Shown here one piece after another: positions 26,137 to 37,830 of a stretch of DNA of 64,000 bases. The first letter of the stretch is position 1. Every line of letters starts with the position of its first letter. Position numbers and translations under genes: made by a program. The stretch spans positions 1,116,001 to 1,180,000 of the forward strand of contig MU053758.1 of NCBI GenBank assembly GCA_013239625.1, read 5' to 3'. This DNA comes from Lama guanicoe. Taxonomy: Eukaryota. The notes under the pieces were generated by a model. That model saw only the letters and a program-made list of their open reading frames with translations. It had not been told where the DNA came from and did not search any database.

Positions 26137-26368
26137 CTGGGAGTTGGGTTGAGGGTGGGTGGAGGGAATGGGAAGCAGAGAGAGCGAGGAGGCAGAAGAG
26201 GGGGCACAACAGGATGGAGAGAGGATGTGGGGTGAGGTCAGAGAGCACCAGAAGGGGGAGGAGGCCAGGTGGCATGGAGCCGCTACCTTGTCCCCTCTCC
26301 ATCCCAGGCAGTGCCTGGGGCACAGAGCATATGCCAGGTTGGCCACCTGGCCCTTCTCCTTGAATTAC

Positions 26369-26543
26369 CTCTTGTCCCCGTCCTTGCAGTTGGGACATGT
26401 GCAGGCCATGCGGCGCCGCTTCTCCCCGGGCTGGGCCTCTCCAGCCAGGGCCTGTTCCATCTGCAGCTGGATCTGGGTGGGGCTCAGCCCACTGATGGTC
26501 AGGTTGTTCCCAGAAACATTCTGTACCGTCAGCTGCTGCTGCC
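26369..26543 (-). CDS. SP2: SP2 exon 5 (Buttonhead box)
   Basis: QQQLTVQNVSGNNLTISGLSPTQIQLQMEQALAGEAQPGEKRRRMACTCPNCKDGDK(R), 175 nt. Confidence 0.97.
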
Positions 26544-27046
26544 CTGTGGGGAGGAGGAGGGCACAGTCCAGAGTGAGGAAGCCCAAAGGGGCAGAGGAGG
26601 GAGCCTGACTCCCTTCTTCCTTTCTGCATGTGGTAAGGATGAAAATCATAGTAGCTAATATTTTTGAGAACTTGCTATGTGCCAGGCACCATCTTAGAGA
26701 GCTTAAATGTATTAACACATGTAACCTTCCTAACCCCGTGAAATAGGAACTGTCACCCCCTTTACAGATGAAAAAATAGACTCATCTTTGGTCTGCACCA
26801 AACTATTCTGAATTATATGTTAGTTGGAGAATTTTCCTGAGTATAGGTAAGGTCAACACGTGTCTTAAACTATCTCACGGGGCTACTGCAAGGGCTAAGT
26901 GGACATGCTTTTAAGCTGGAAGGGACCAGGCAGCCGTCAGGCATAGCCTCACTGTTGTAACTGGGAATCCCAGGCTGGCCCGCAGTTCCCGTGTCCGGGG
27001 TGCACAGGCACACTGCCCACGCCCTGGCCCGGGGGCCTTCCCTCAC

Positions 27047-27359
27047 CGCCAGTGTTGGTGATGGTGACAGGGACGCCCTGGACCTGGACACCATTGATGT
27101 TGATGGTCTGCATGGCCTGGGCCGCCGCTGCCAGCTGAGCTGCATTCAGGCTGATGATGCTCCCAGCAGGTGCAATCTTTGGCAGGGGACGCTCTTTCCG
27201 GAGAATCGCAGCCGAGTGCTTTTTGCCGGTCCCACTCAGATGGGCAGCACGGGACGCAGGGCTGCTACACGTGGTGGTAGAGGTGGTTGCAGCTGTCGCT
27301 GGGGGGCTGTCCTGGACAAGGACCGTTTGTACCTCACCTGAAGGCGTACGGATGTAGAC
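27047..27359 (-). CDS. SP2: SP2 exon 4
   Basis: VYIRTPSGEVQTVLVQDSPP...ILRKERPLPKIAPAGSIISLNAAQLAAAAQAMQTININGVQVQGVPVTITNTG, 313 nt, AG/GTGAGG. Confidence 0.95.
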
Positions 27360-27679
27360 CTGGGAGGGGTGAGAGAGGAAAAGTCAGTGCTTCCGGAGAG
27401 ACCTGGCTCCGCCACCCTTCAATGTAGTGTCACCTCGATGCCCAGGTGAGAAGTGGGAGTGCCTCTCGTCCACCCAAGTCTTCTCCAACTAGCCCAAACC
27501 TACGCTCAACAAAAAGGGGTGATGGTGTCCCTGTACTAAACCAACAAATGTTGACTGTTGATTGGAAACAAAACACGTAATTTACTTAGCATGGTAAAAT
27601 ATAATGCCAAATCTCTGAATTGAAGAATTAGAAGGAAGCTATATGATGACCTCACAGAAGATACACTGTGAATGCTCAT

Positions 27680-30370
27680 CAAACAAATGAAAACAGCCTT
27701 TAGGACTCACAATTCAGATTGGCAATGATGGAAAAATAAAATATAACGCTTTGTTGGTGAGAAAGCAGAGAAAGAGGGGCGTGTTGTCACATCAGGGTGT
27801 GACGTGGTCTAGGCTTGCTGGGGAGAAGTCTGGGAATGTGTATCCAAAGCCTTAAAAATCTGCATGTTAGAGCCAGAGACTGACACATGCCACAGCACGG
27901 ATGAACCTAGAAAACAGTATACTAAGTGAAAGAAGCCAACTGCGAAAGATCACCCATTTACATGAAATGTCCAGAATAGGCAAATCTATAGAGATGGAAA
28001 ATGGATTCGTGGTTGCCAGGGGTTGAGGTGAGGGTGAAATGAGCAATGACCACTAAAGGGGTCTTTTTGAGGGATGAAAATGTTCTAAAATTAGATAGTG
28101 GTGATGGTTGCATAACTCTGTGAATATGCTAAAGCCCACTCACTATGCTGTGCACTTTAAAAGGGTAAATTTCATGGTATGTGAATAACTCAATAAAGCT
28201 GATAAGAAAAAAAAAAAAAGGGAGAGATGGGAATGTGTCAAAAGGGGTACAAGAGCCAACCTGAAAGCTCAAGTGGCCAAAGCTGGAACAACGTGAGCAA
28301 CAAAATAAATAACACAGTATTGGATTGTAACCCTGAGTATAAAATAAATATACATGAGTCCCTTCTGATATAAATAAGTGATTGAATAAATAAATAAATG
28401 GAGAAGAAGCAAATCTTCCTTACAGAAGATTTCCAAAAAATATTACGTAGATGTTTTCCCTTCCAGGATACAGAGCTTAATTCTTGTCCCCACTCCCACC
28501 CCTGAAGATGGGAGACTTAGCAACTTGCTTCCAAAGAATCAAGAAAGGGAAAAGTAACAACTTGATAAATGAAGAAACTTGGCAAACACCACCTTAACCA
28601 AGTGATGACAGTTAACATCAGGGACGTTATGTCACCAGGGATGTTGTGTGGACATCATGTTTCCCTCGTGTAATGCGACGTGAAGGGGCATTTCACCTCT
28701 GTGGTAGTCTTTCCAAAACCCATAATCCCAGACTGGAGGATATTTTATAGGATACCTGACCAATGTGTCTCTATACTGTCAAGATCATGGAAAACAAAGA
28801 CCGAGAAGCTATCCGACCAGAGGGACCTGGGGAGACATGCCCACTGAGTGCAATATGGTATTTGGACCAGATCTGGGAACAGAAAGAGGACATGAATAGA
28901 AAACTGGTGACGTCCAATCAAGTCTGGAGTTTAGAGAACAGTAATGTGCCAATGTCAGTTTCTTAGGGACACATGAACCCCAGTAATACAAGATGTTTAA
29001 CAAGGTGGCGCAGGGTGTGGATCCCAGGTGAGAGGTGTAAGACCCTCTGTACTACCTTTGCAACTTTTCTGTAAATATAAACTTATTCTAAAATAAAAAA
29101 TTAATTTAAAAAATTTCTATCACAGTAAAAGATACTAAAACAAGTAGGCAAAAGTCTGATGAGGAATTGAAGGAGGATTAATAAAATGGCCGCACTTAGG
29201 CTAACAGATTGCTTATTCCTATGCTTGCCCTTAAAACGGTCAACTGACCTGGCTGACCCGGTTGCTAATCACAGTTCCAGCTCCATTGTTAAAACTAAAG
29301 CTATTGATCTTACTGTTTCTACTTTATTCCAGTAATCAAAAGCCATAATCATGGCTTAGTCTCTGAGTCAATCTCCAGGGAGAAGGTCACAGGACTTTAA
29401 CTTTACAAAATAGCCTGAATTACCAAGAAGACCACACCTTGAGTGCTTAAAGAGATAAAGAGATCTAATTGTTGGCCTCTATAGAATTGGTCACCTGGAG
29501 GCATCATGTCGCCATTCTAAGTCTTCTGATGAGAAAATGATTCTGTTGCTTGTTATCAATGCTTTATTGTTTGAGCTATGGCTATATAACCCCTCTCCAC
29601 CCCATCCCCAAGGTGGATTCACAGTTTTGAAGGCACTAGCCTGCTGGGAGTCCCCTTTGCCCGGCAAAGCAATAAAATTGCCTCTTTTCTTCTAAGCTCC
29701 AAGACCTTGTGTCTGGGTTATTTGGCTTGTCAGGAACGGGGCCGATCTTTCAGCAACAGAATGAGTTATTTACACAGAAAATATCTCCCTACAAAATACT
29801 AATCCATTACAAAGAGAACAAAGTAACTTTATGGGGCAGAAATCTGCCAAATATCACTTTAATCATCACCAGTAATGAGACAAGTCAAAATCACGCACCC
29901 CCTTTTAGGATGCAGTGAGAACACAGCATCACTTCTGTGATATTTCTGCAAAAAAAACTTGCATGCAGTCATGAGGAAACACCACACAAACTTAAATTGA
30001 GGAACTTCCTACAAAGGCACGTAGCATTCTAAGTGTCAAGGTCATGAACTTCAAGTGAAGACTCAGACTATTCCAGGTCAAAACAGACTAAGGAGATGTG
30101 ACAATTAAGTGCAATGCATGACACTGGATGAGATCCTTTTGCCACAAAGGAAATTACTGGGGCGAGTGTGAGAACTGAATGGGGTCTCTGAATTAGACGT
30201 TATATGCTTCTTGGCTAATTTCCGCTGTTTGATGGTTGCACTGTTATGTAGAATGTCCTCCTTGCATGTAAGAATTACACACTTTCTATAAAACATTCAA
30301 AAAAATTGGGGGCATGGTGGCAACTTACACTCATGATGCAGGGGAAAAAAGTTACTTGTTTAAAAAAAAT
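27680..30370 (+). mobile_element. Cluster of nested ancient L1 3' fragments (L1MB/L1MC-like)
   Basis: L1M 3'UTR motifs (gatgaacctagaaaac..ctaagtgaaagaagcca, aaatgtccagaataggcaaatctatagaga, tagatagtggtgatggttgca, ctctgtactacctttgcaacttttctgtaaa) and A-tails; boundaries approximate. Confidence 0.8.
29168..29758 (+). mobile_element. ERV1-type solo LTR, 591 bp, nested in old L1 within SP2 intron 3
   Basis: TG...CA ends; perfect 4-bp TSD GAAT (29164-67 / 29759-62); TATATAA at 29583; AATAAA at 29671. Confidence 0.82.
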
Positions 30371-30550
30371 CCTGCTGTGATTTTGATTGGGGTTATTTTT
30401 AATCCCTGGATTATTTAGGGCTGTGTTATCTCTTAATAAATACGCATCTCATCCCCAGTTTTCAGATACATGCCACTTTTGCAAATCGTTGCTATTTTCT
30501 GCGTATCTGAAGTTTCTGTTACTAGAACATTTTCTTTTCACCATATAGAA

Positions 30551-30740
30551 CAGGGGTCAAAACACTTTTTCAGTAAAGAGCAGATAGTAAATGTCTTAGG
30601 CTATGCGGGTCTTGAGGCCTCTGCCTTGTGGTCCAAAAGCCGCATAAATGGGCATTTCTGTGTTCCAGTTACACTTTATTTACAAAAACAGACAGAAGGC
30701 CAGATTTGACCTCAGGGCTGTGGATTGCCAGTCTCTCTGG
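30551..30740. mobile_element. MER58A-like hAT DNA element
   Basis: caggggtcaaaacactttttcagtaaagagcagatagtaaatgtcttaggct...ctttatttacaaaaacag..ggccagatttg. Confidence 0.75.
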
Positions 30741-32150
30741 TACAGAGTATAATACATTTTTAAAATGTGTGTATCCTTTGAGCCGCTTTTAGGATTTAAT
30801 GATAAGACTGGAAACAGCCTAGATCTACAGCTAATAGGGTTTTAGTTAGATAATAGACTGTACCTCAGGATATCATTAAAAAATAATGTTGCTAAATCTT
30901 TCTATGTATGTCTGATTATTTCCTTAGGAAGACCTGATTTTAAGCCCTGCCTCCATCAGTCTCAAGACCTGGGACATCAAAGAAGGGAGAGGAGGCACTG
31001 CGGAGGATGTGGCACCTGAGCGGGTATCACCTCAGTCCTGCACCATTAAGGTAGGTCTGATAAGGGAACCTATCACACATGTTGTAACAAATTAAAGGAT
31101 TCATGGAAAATCAGCTGGCGGTATGTAATATGCCAGAGGAAGGAGGCATTTGAGGGCAGGCCTCAGATTTTCTCGTGCATGACTTCCACGTCCACAGCTC
31201 AAATTCAAGGGCACTTCTGCCAGAAGACTGCACAGCTCCCTGCTGTCACTCACTCTGATGCCTCGGTTCTCTCTACAGACACCTGGATTATAAATTCCAT
31301 GGCAGGAGCTGTTTTTTAATATTAAAAAAAAAATCCTTGTACAATTTTAGTTGTAGCCCCTTCCACATGTAAGACACAATGAGCCCAGGTGGAATAAGAG
31401 AAAAAGTAGAGGCCAGAAATCTGAGTTGGATCCTGGCTCTTGTCATTTGTGCTCTATGGGATCTGGATGTTTGACAACTCCTCTGAGTTCCAGGCCCTCC
31501 CTCTGCAGCATGGGCCCAATCTCCGGCCTTTACTAGGCTCACACAAAGCATAAAACCTGCCTTGCAGAGCCAAATGAATCTGAGTATTACAGCACCTTAA
31601 TAAATGCCAAAAATAGGAAGTTCTTGTTAAAGTTAGCATCCCAGATGAATCTCGCCTAAATGTTCCTTCTATAAAGCTAGGCTGCTTCTTCCTGTTTTTT
31701 TTTTTTCTTGTCATTAACAATGATCAGCATTTTTCTCATTAATTTTCTTACTTTACATCAAATTCTATGGTTCTGACTGGAATTTTTTCATTCCTGCTAC
31801 CATTCTGGGTATGTAATTCTAGAATAAAAAATAAACTTTATTATTAAAAAGTATATATCCACCCCCTACCTATGGCCCCACTAAAAGTCTCCCGTAGAGG
31901 TTTCCAAAATATAGGCATACAGGTATGCTGCATCTGATTTCTAAAGATAAGTGGTACCCCACTTTTGAATTGGCAGAAATGGCCATTTACTACCCACCCC
32001 AAAGGACACTGACCACTGCAAACGACTGACTCCCAACACTCAGGTCAGACTGGGAGACGCACCAGCATCATCGAGGAAAGCAAGCCGAGGGGAATGGAGC
32101 GGCAGAGCTGAGGAGGAGAGGGAGGCGCGTGCGGAGGGTGCGCGTGGTAC

Positions 32151-33125
32151 CTGAGTAGGCGACGGCTCGGCAGCCTGGATCTGAAAGTTCTGGGAGGGCT
32201 TCTGGGGGACGGTGGGGAGCGTGGCGGACGCCGCCTGCACCACCCGCAGGGCCTGCTGGGGGATCTGCACCACCTGCTGCTGCTCGGCCTTGGGGGGCAC
32301 CACCTGGACCTGCTGGACCACGGCTGGCTGGCCCCCACCAGGGCTCTGAACGATGAGCAGGTTGTTTCCCGCCTGGATGATGTTGTCCGCAGTGGTCTCG
32401 ATCAGCACCGTCTCCACCTGCTCAGCCACAGCCACAGGGGGCTGGGAGGCAGGAAGACTCTTCTTCCTGGCTTTCTTGTTAGTCTTGGACAGTGGGGCAG
32501 GGGGGCTCTCCGCAAGGAGCTGAGTGGGGGCCCCGGTGTCGCTGGTGTTCACGAGGTTGTTGACAGGCAGAGTAAGTGTCACGTTGCCACCCCCACCTGT
32601 CAGCTTTACCACATTGGCCCCGCTCTGCACAGGGGTGGTGGTCGTACTTGACTTCTGGACAGGGGCTGGCTTGATGGGGACAGGCTTGTGACTGGATGGT
32701 GAGGGGGTGATGATGGCTTGGTTGGTGCCAGGGATGATCTGGATCTGGTTGGTGAGATTGGGCTGTACCTGGATGGTCTGGGAACTGCTGGCCTGAATCT
32801 GAGGGACCGCCTGGTACTGGATGCTGGCATTCGCTCGGGACCCCTTGTTGATCATGGTGGGATTCTGGATAGCGAACACCAGCTGCCCCCCGGGATAGGA
32901 CGCACTCAGTTGTGACCCCTGAATCTGAAGTATGTTTCCTTTGGAGGACAAGATTCCAAAGCTATTCTTGCCGGGACTGAGAGGGAGAGGGGCGGGTTTA
33001 ATAGGGACGAGCTTCCGTGGTGTGGGCTGGGGGGGAGCAGGAGGCGTCACTGCAGCTTCAACAGCTGGAGGGCCAATTTTGCTACATGTTGCGGCAAGCA
33101 GGGCTAAGGGAGATGGCTGGGAGTC
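32151..33125 (-). CDS. SP2: SP2 exon 3 (Sp box and Gln-rich domains)
   Basis: DSQPSPLALLAATCSKIG (Sp box) ... QIQAAEPSPTQ, 975 nt, AG/GTACCA. Confidence 0.97.
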
Positions 33126-33892
33126 CTGCAAAACACCAAGCGGAGACGCAGAGTGAGACGTGAGGGCCTGCTGCCCAGCACCCCCGCCCTTTGGGAGCCT
33201 CTCCTCTTGGCAGGCTCCTCCTCACCTGGCAGGCAGGGAGCCAGCATACTCCCCCTGCAGTGGCCCCTGTCTCTCCTTCCCCGCTGGTTTCTCCACTGAG
33301 TAATTAAGGGGGAAAGGGTGGGAAATGTCTTTCTCAGGAAGGAACTCCCCAGAAGCATCCTCTGACAGGGTGAACTAACAGCCTGAGCTGACCACCAGCC
33401 TTGTTTCTAAAGGGGATGTAGAATCACTTTCAGCTCGTAGACGGAGCTCTGGTAGCCCACAACATCAACTGAGGAAGCACTGAGGAAGGGAGGGAGGGAC
33501 AGAGAAAGGGAGGGGAACAGGAGGAATAAGCTCTCTGGAAAAGTGTTTTCCAGTGCTTGGGACGTGACTTTTCTGACTCGGCAGGGCTGCTCTTTCCAAG
33601 TTACAAGGAAAGAGCCTCTGGTCTGTGGGGTCACAGCCTCTGTTTTCCTTTTATGGCCAGCAGGGTCTAGTGGAAGGGCCCTTGAGTTTCATCCTGCTTT
33701 TCCCCCTGACCCAACTGTGGCCCTTTAGGTAAATGGCCCTTCATTTTTTAGTTCAGAAAAAGTGGAAAACTGAACCCTCCTCTGTGTAAGCAGAGTGAGC
33801 CAGGACAGTTTCAGTTGTGGGTTAATGTCAGCTGCAGTGAGCCCTTCCAGGCCGATGCAGCCCCCAACCCTCAGAACACACTGCCTACTTGC

Positions 33893-33969
33893 CTGGGTGG
33901 TAGAGGCGGCAGGCTGAAGGTAGTCACTGGGACTGACAGCGGCAGTGGCAGCCATGCTGGTCTGTGGAT
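33893..33969 (-). CDS. SP2: SP2 exon 2
   Basis: (D)PQTSMAATAAVSPSDYLQPAASTTQ, 77 nt; CAGCAG acceptor and non-canonical CAG|GCAAGT donor. Confidence 0.92.
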
Positions 33970-35266
33970 CTGCTGGAAGAAAAGAGATGGAGTAAGACCC
34001 ATGATGCCCCAAAAGAACCAAAGGAACCCAAGTCCTTTTGCCTCAGATTTCCTTTTTGCCTTATTTGCTGCTGCTTCCCCAAGAGAGGTTAATAACCTTT
34101 CCCTACACTTCCCCACTCAAGGTTAGCTACCCTACAACTTTTTCAGTAGACGACCTTCTTCTCTCCGCAGACTCAGCCATCAAGGGCTGCAAGGACAGCT
34201 GGTCCTGTCTCCACTGGACTGTCCCCTCCAGCCATCATAAAGTCTAGGAGAACAGTGAGACTATACTAAAACTGTATAGAGTAGCAGTCACCAAGCTGTG
34301 CCATCTAATGGAGCCCTCTCTGGTGGGCACTGCTGACTCTCCCTAGCTAGACTGTACGGTGGGTGGGGGAGCCCCCAGCTAATCCTGTAGCTCTGACCCA
34401 GGCTTCTTGCTCACTCCTGCTGTAGCCAGATGCCAAGCCAGCCTGGGAGAGAAGCATCACTGGGCTAGAATCCCTGGCAAGGAGGACACACCCACTCCAT
34501 GCAAAAGTCTTGAGTGCTTTCTACTCAGCCTTCACCACAAAGGTGCAATGGCTCGTGTGTCAACATATGGGTAATTGCTTTAAATGAATTTACAGTTTTA
34601 CACATGACAAGATGCATGATCCCACAGGTATCACCGAGACTAGGACAGCTAATAACTGAATATAATGAGAAGAATGAAAATATAATAAATCCCATTTTTG
34701 CTTAAATGTACATATATTTCTATATATGAATATAGCAGGATAAAGTCTTAAAAAAAAAAGCTAAAATGCAAAAAGCCATAATCTCCTGGTGGTAGATTTT
34801 TGCTTCACTTTTTTCCCCTTGTTTTTCTGTATTTTCTCATTTTGCCCACAATGAATACACTCTATTGTACTTTCGTTTTAAATAAAGGAAAATAAAGAAC
34901 GTTGAGGAAGTAATGAAGGGAATCTCTACCCTGAACTTAAGTCTGATCTAAAAGAATACAAGATAAGTAAAATGGAAATCAGGAGAATTTGGGGGGAAAG
35001 AATCTAAGCCATGTTATACTTTATAAATTACTAAGAAAAAGAACACCGGCAGAGAGTCAGACTTGTATCTTAGACCTTTGGAAAGTAGGTTTCAGAAAGT
35101 ACAGAAACAAGAAGGATATTATTCAGAGACTCAAAGAGGCAGTGGCTCAGGCATGGAGCCCCTGATGGGCATCTGGAGAGAAGAGAATAGACAGAGGTCA
35201 GGGGGAAGGTGGAACCACCCACATTTTGGCTGGTCTCTGGCTTCTCTCTTTGGGAGAATGATTCTT

Positions 35267-35451
35267 TTTTTTAACATTTTTTTATTGAATTATAGTCATT
35301 TTACAATGTGTCAATTTCCAGTGTAGAGCACAATTTTTCAGTTATACATGAATACACATATACTCATTATTGCATTTTTTTCCGCTGTGAGCTACCACAA
35401 GATCTTGTACATATTTCCCTGTGCTATACAGTATAATCTTGTTTATCTATC
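35267..35451 (-). mobile_element. Young 5'-truncated L1 insertion with 15-bp TSD
   Basis: L1 3' end in reverse (ttttttattgaattatagtcattttacaatgtgtcaa...) flanked by identical GGGAGAATGATTCTT at 35252-66 and 35452-66. Confidence 0.9.
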
Positions 35452-35689
35452 GGGAGAATGATTCTTAAATGGGAAAAAGTAAAGAAAAGGTAAAGGGGGA
35501 CCTGCAGCCCAGGACAGGTGCTCACCAATGCCTTAAATGGTTTCCAGGCCATAAGGCCACAGAAATTGCACTCGGGAATGGGAAGACACTTTGTAGGCAC
35601 ACTTGCAAACTGTGTGAGGAGCCAGAGGGCAGCTCTGGGCAAAATCACATAGGTAGATCCTGAACTATTACAGACACTGATCCTGAGCA

Positions 35690-37830
35690 AAATCCTAGAA
35701 AAAATGACTAAACAGCACTACAATTAGTGAGGTAAGGACGCAGTGATCACAAGAAATAAGCATGGGGTTGCCAAAAACAAGTCATGCTGAACAAATCTGT
35801 TTCTTTTTTAATGGGGTTCTGGACCACTACATCAAGAGAATGGTATACACTACATATTTTATAACAATAAGGCATCTGACTGAAATGTTCTTATGAACAA
35901 GGAAGGAAAGACATGCAGGCAGGATGGCAGTCTGGTCTGGGGGCTAAGCTGAACATGCTTCCACCTAAGTGCTGAGATCCAGGCCGTCCTGACGAGTTTG
36001 CTGCTGCGAGGTCAACCAGGGTCTCATACTAGGGGTGAGTCCCAGGACCAGGGTCTGCAGGCTTCTCCTCAGAGGCTCTTGCTTTCTTGGCCAGAATGTT
36101 TTATTCTTGTGTTTTCACTGTGATGATCATCTTTTTAAAAATGAACATATACTAAAGATTGCTGGGTGACTTACTTAACCAAGATTTGCACATTTCTGGG
36201 CCTGTGTGTATGTTTACAACTCTGCTGGTACCAAGTGGCACCACTCTATGTGGGCTAATTAAGACAACTTAATTCTGCATATCTAATTCATGATACATCT
36301 GTGCAAAGGGAGAGATGACATCTCCTCAGAAGCCTGGGAGGACCAAGTTGCTGGGCACTAGGCACTGCAGGGTAGGCGTGTGGAACTCAAGGAGCCAGAT
36401 GGGGGCCCGGATGTCAAGTCTGTGCTGGGTTTATGCTGATAGCAGTGATTTGGGATCAATCAACCACTGTCCCCCTAGAATGATGCTGACTAGAATTCTA
36501 CTGGCTTTTTTGTAGATATTTAATTAATTTTAGAGAAACTAGATCTATGAGTTGATAAACAGATTTACGTGCATTTAGCAAGGTTGCAGCCTTATAATGA
36601 AAACAATCTAAGTTGACTCAAAAACATTTTCCCTTTAGAGCAGTGGTGTTTAAACTCTTTGGACCATGAACCACACTTATAAAAACAATTTACATCAAGA
36701 CTCAGTGTGCGTACACGCACCCACACACACTTCCCTGTCCTGTGCTCATGTAATAAGAATTTCCTGAAACAAAATTTGCCCTTGCTACATGTGATAGCCT
36801 TTTTTCTACTCTATTTCATTTTTTTTTAAATGCTGGCTATGACTCACTAAATTGGTTTTGTGCCCCAGAGGCTGGAAAACGTGGCTTCAAAGTAGTCTAT
36901 CCACCACCCAAGTTTAGGAAACCATGCAAAAGACCTAGAAGGCAAGTTAAATTTATGGATGTCACAAAACTGAGGATTGTAAACACAATGGATGTCTGTA
37001 TCAGGGTTCAAAGAGATCTTTAAAAAACCAGTATGTGCAGTGGCTTAAGAGCATGAGGCTCCAGACCTCAATGAGAATTCAGACCGTGGGATGGCTGGGG
37101 ATTCCTTTCCCAGCCTCACTGCCCCACCTGTAACACAGAGGTAGTGTCATCCTTACAGGATTCTGGGAGGCGTCGGCAATATGAAAAAACATTGAGCACA
37201 CGGGCGTAATCAATAAATGGTGTTTAAACTTTGAGATTGAGTAAATACTGCACTTGGGTTAAGGCAAAAAAAAAAATCACACGCATATAGGACAGGAAGA
37301 CAGAGCTTAATAATGGTTCTCACGTGAAAAAGCCCCAGTGGTTTTGACTCAAAGTTAAATGGGAAGCATGAGAATCTAGATGTGGTTGCCAGAAAAGCTA
37401 CTGCAATCTTGGGCTGCATTTCCAAAAGTTCAATCAGAGAAGAAGAAAATAATAGTCCTAGTCTGCTTGGCACTCGGGCCCCATCTGGAGTGTCAGGTTC
37501 CGTCCTGAGGGGCATTTTGAAAGGAGGATTTTCAACTGCAGCTTGTTCAGAGGAGAGCAGCCATGCTGTGACCCGGAACCAGAGCAGCGATACCCACCAG
37601 GGTATTAACTCCCCTTGTGGGCTCAGTGGTAGAACCAAGATATCAGGGTGGAAATTTCAAGAAGGCAGATTCCAGTTTATTAGAAGGGAGAACTTTCAAA
37701 AGATGGAATCAGTTACCTCCTGAGGTAATGTTCTCCCTTCTCTGGAATCACTTAGCCAGAGGCGGGATGTGTGTCTCTGTCAGAGACAGGATGTCTAGAT
37801 GGGGTGGGAAGTTGGACTAGATGATCTGTG
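35690..37830 (+). mobile_element. Fragmented L3/CR1 LINE, interrupted by hAT and MIR insertions
   Basis: Degenerate CR1 RT motifs: aagcatggggttgccaaaaacaagtcatgc (HGF..KSC-like), aaatttatggatgtcacaaaactg (KFADDTKL-like), gtggttgccagaaaagctactgcaatcttgggctgcatt. Confidence 0.65.
36640..36885. mobile_element. hAT-Charlie-type non-autonomous element (related copy near 48638-48880)
   Basis: cagtggt..aaact ends and a shared internal tttacccttnctac..tttcta block in both copies. Confidence 0.5.

Noticed and set aside
25796..26629. 277-aa minus-strand ORF over SP2 exons 5-6
   Set aside because: Shifted-frame shadow of GC-rich coding and intronic sequence; no recognisable domain and no independent promoter
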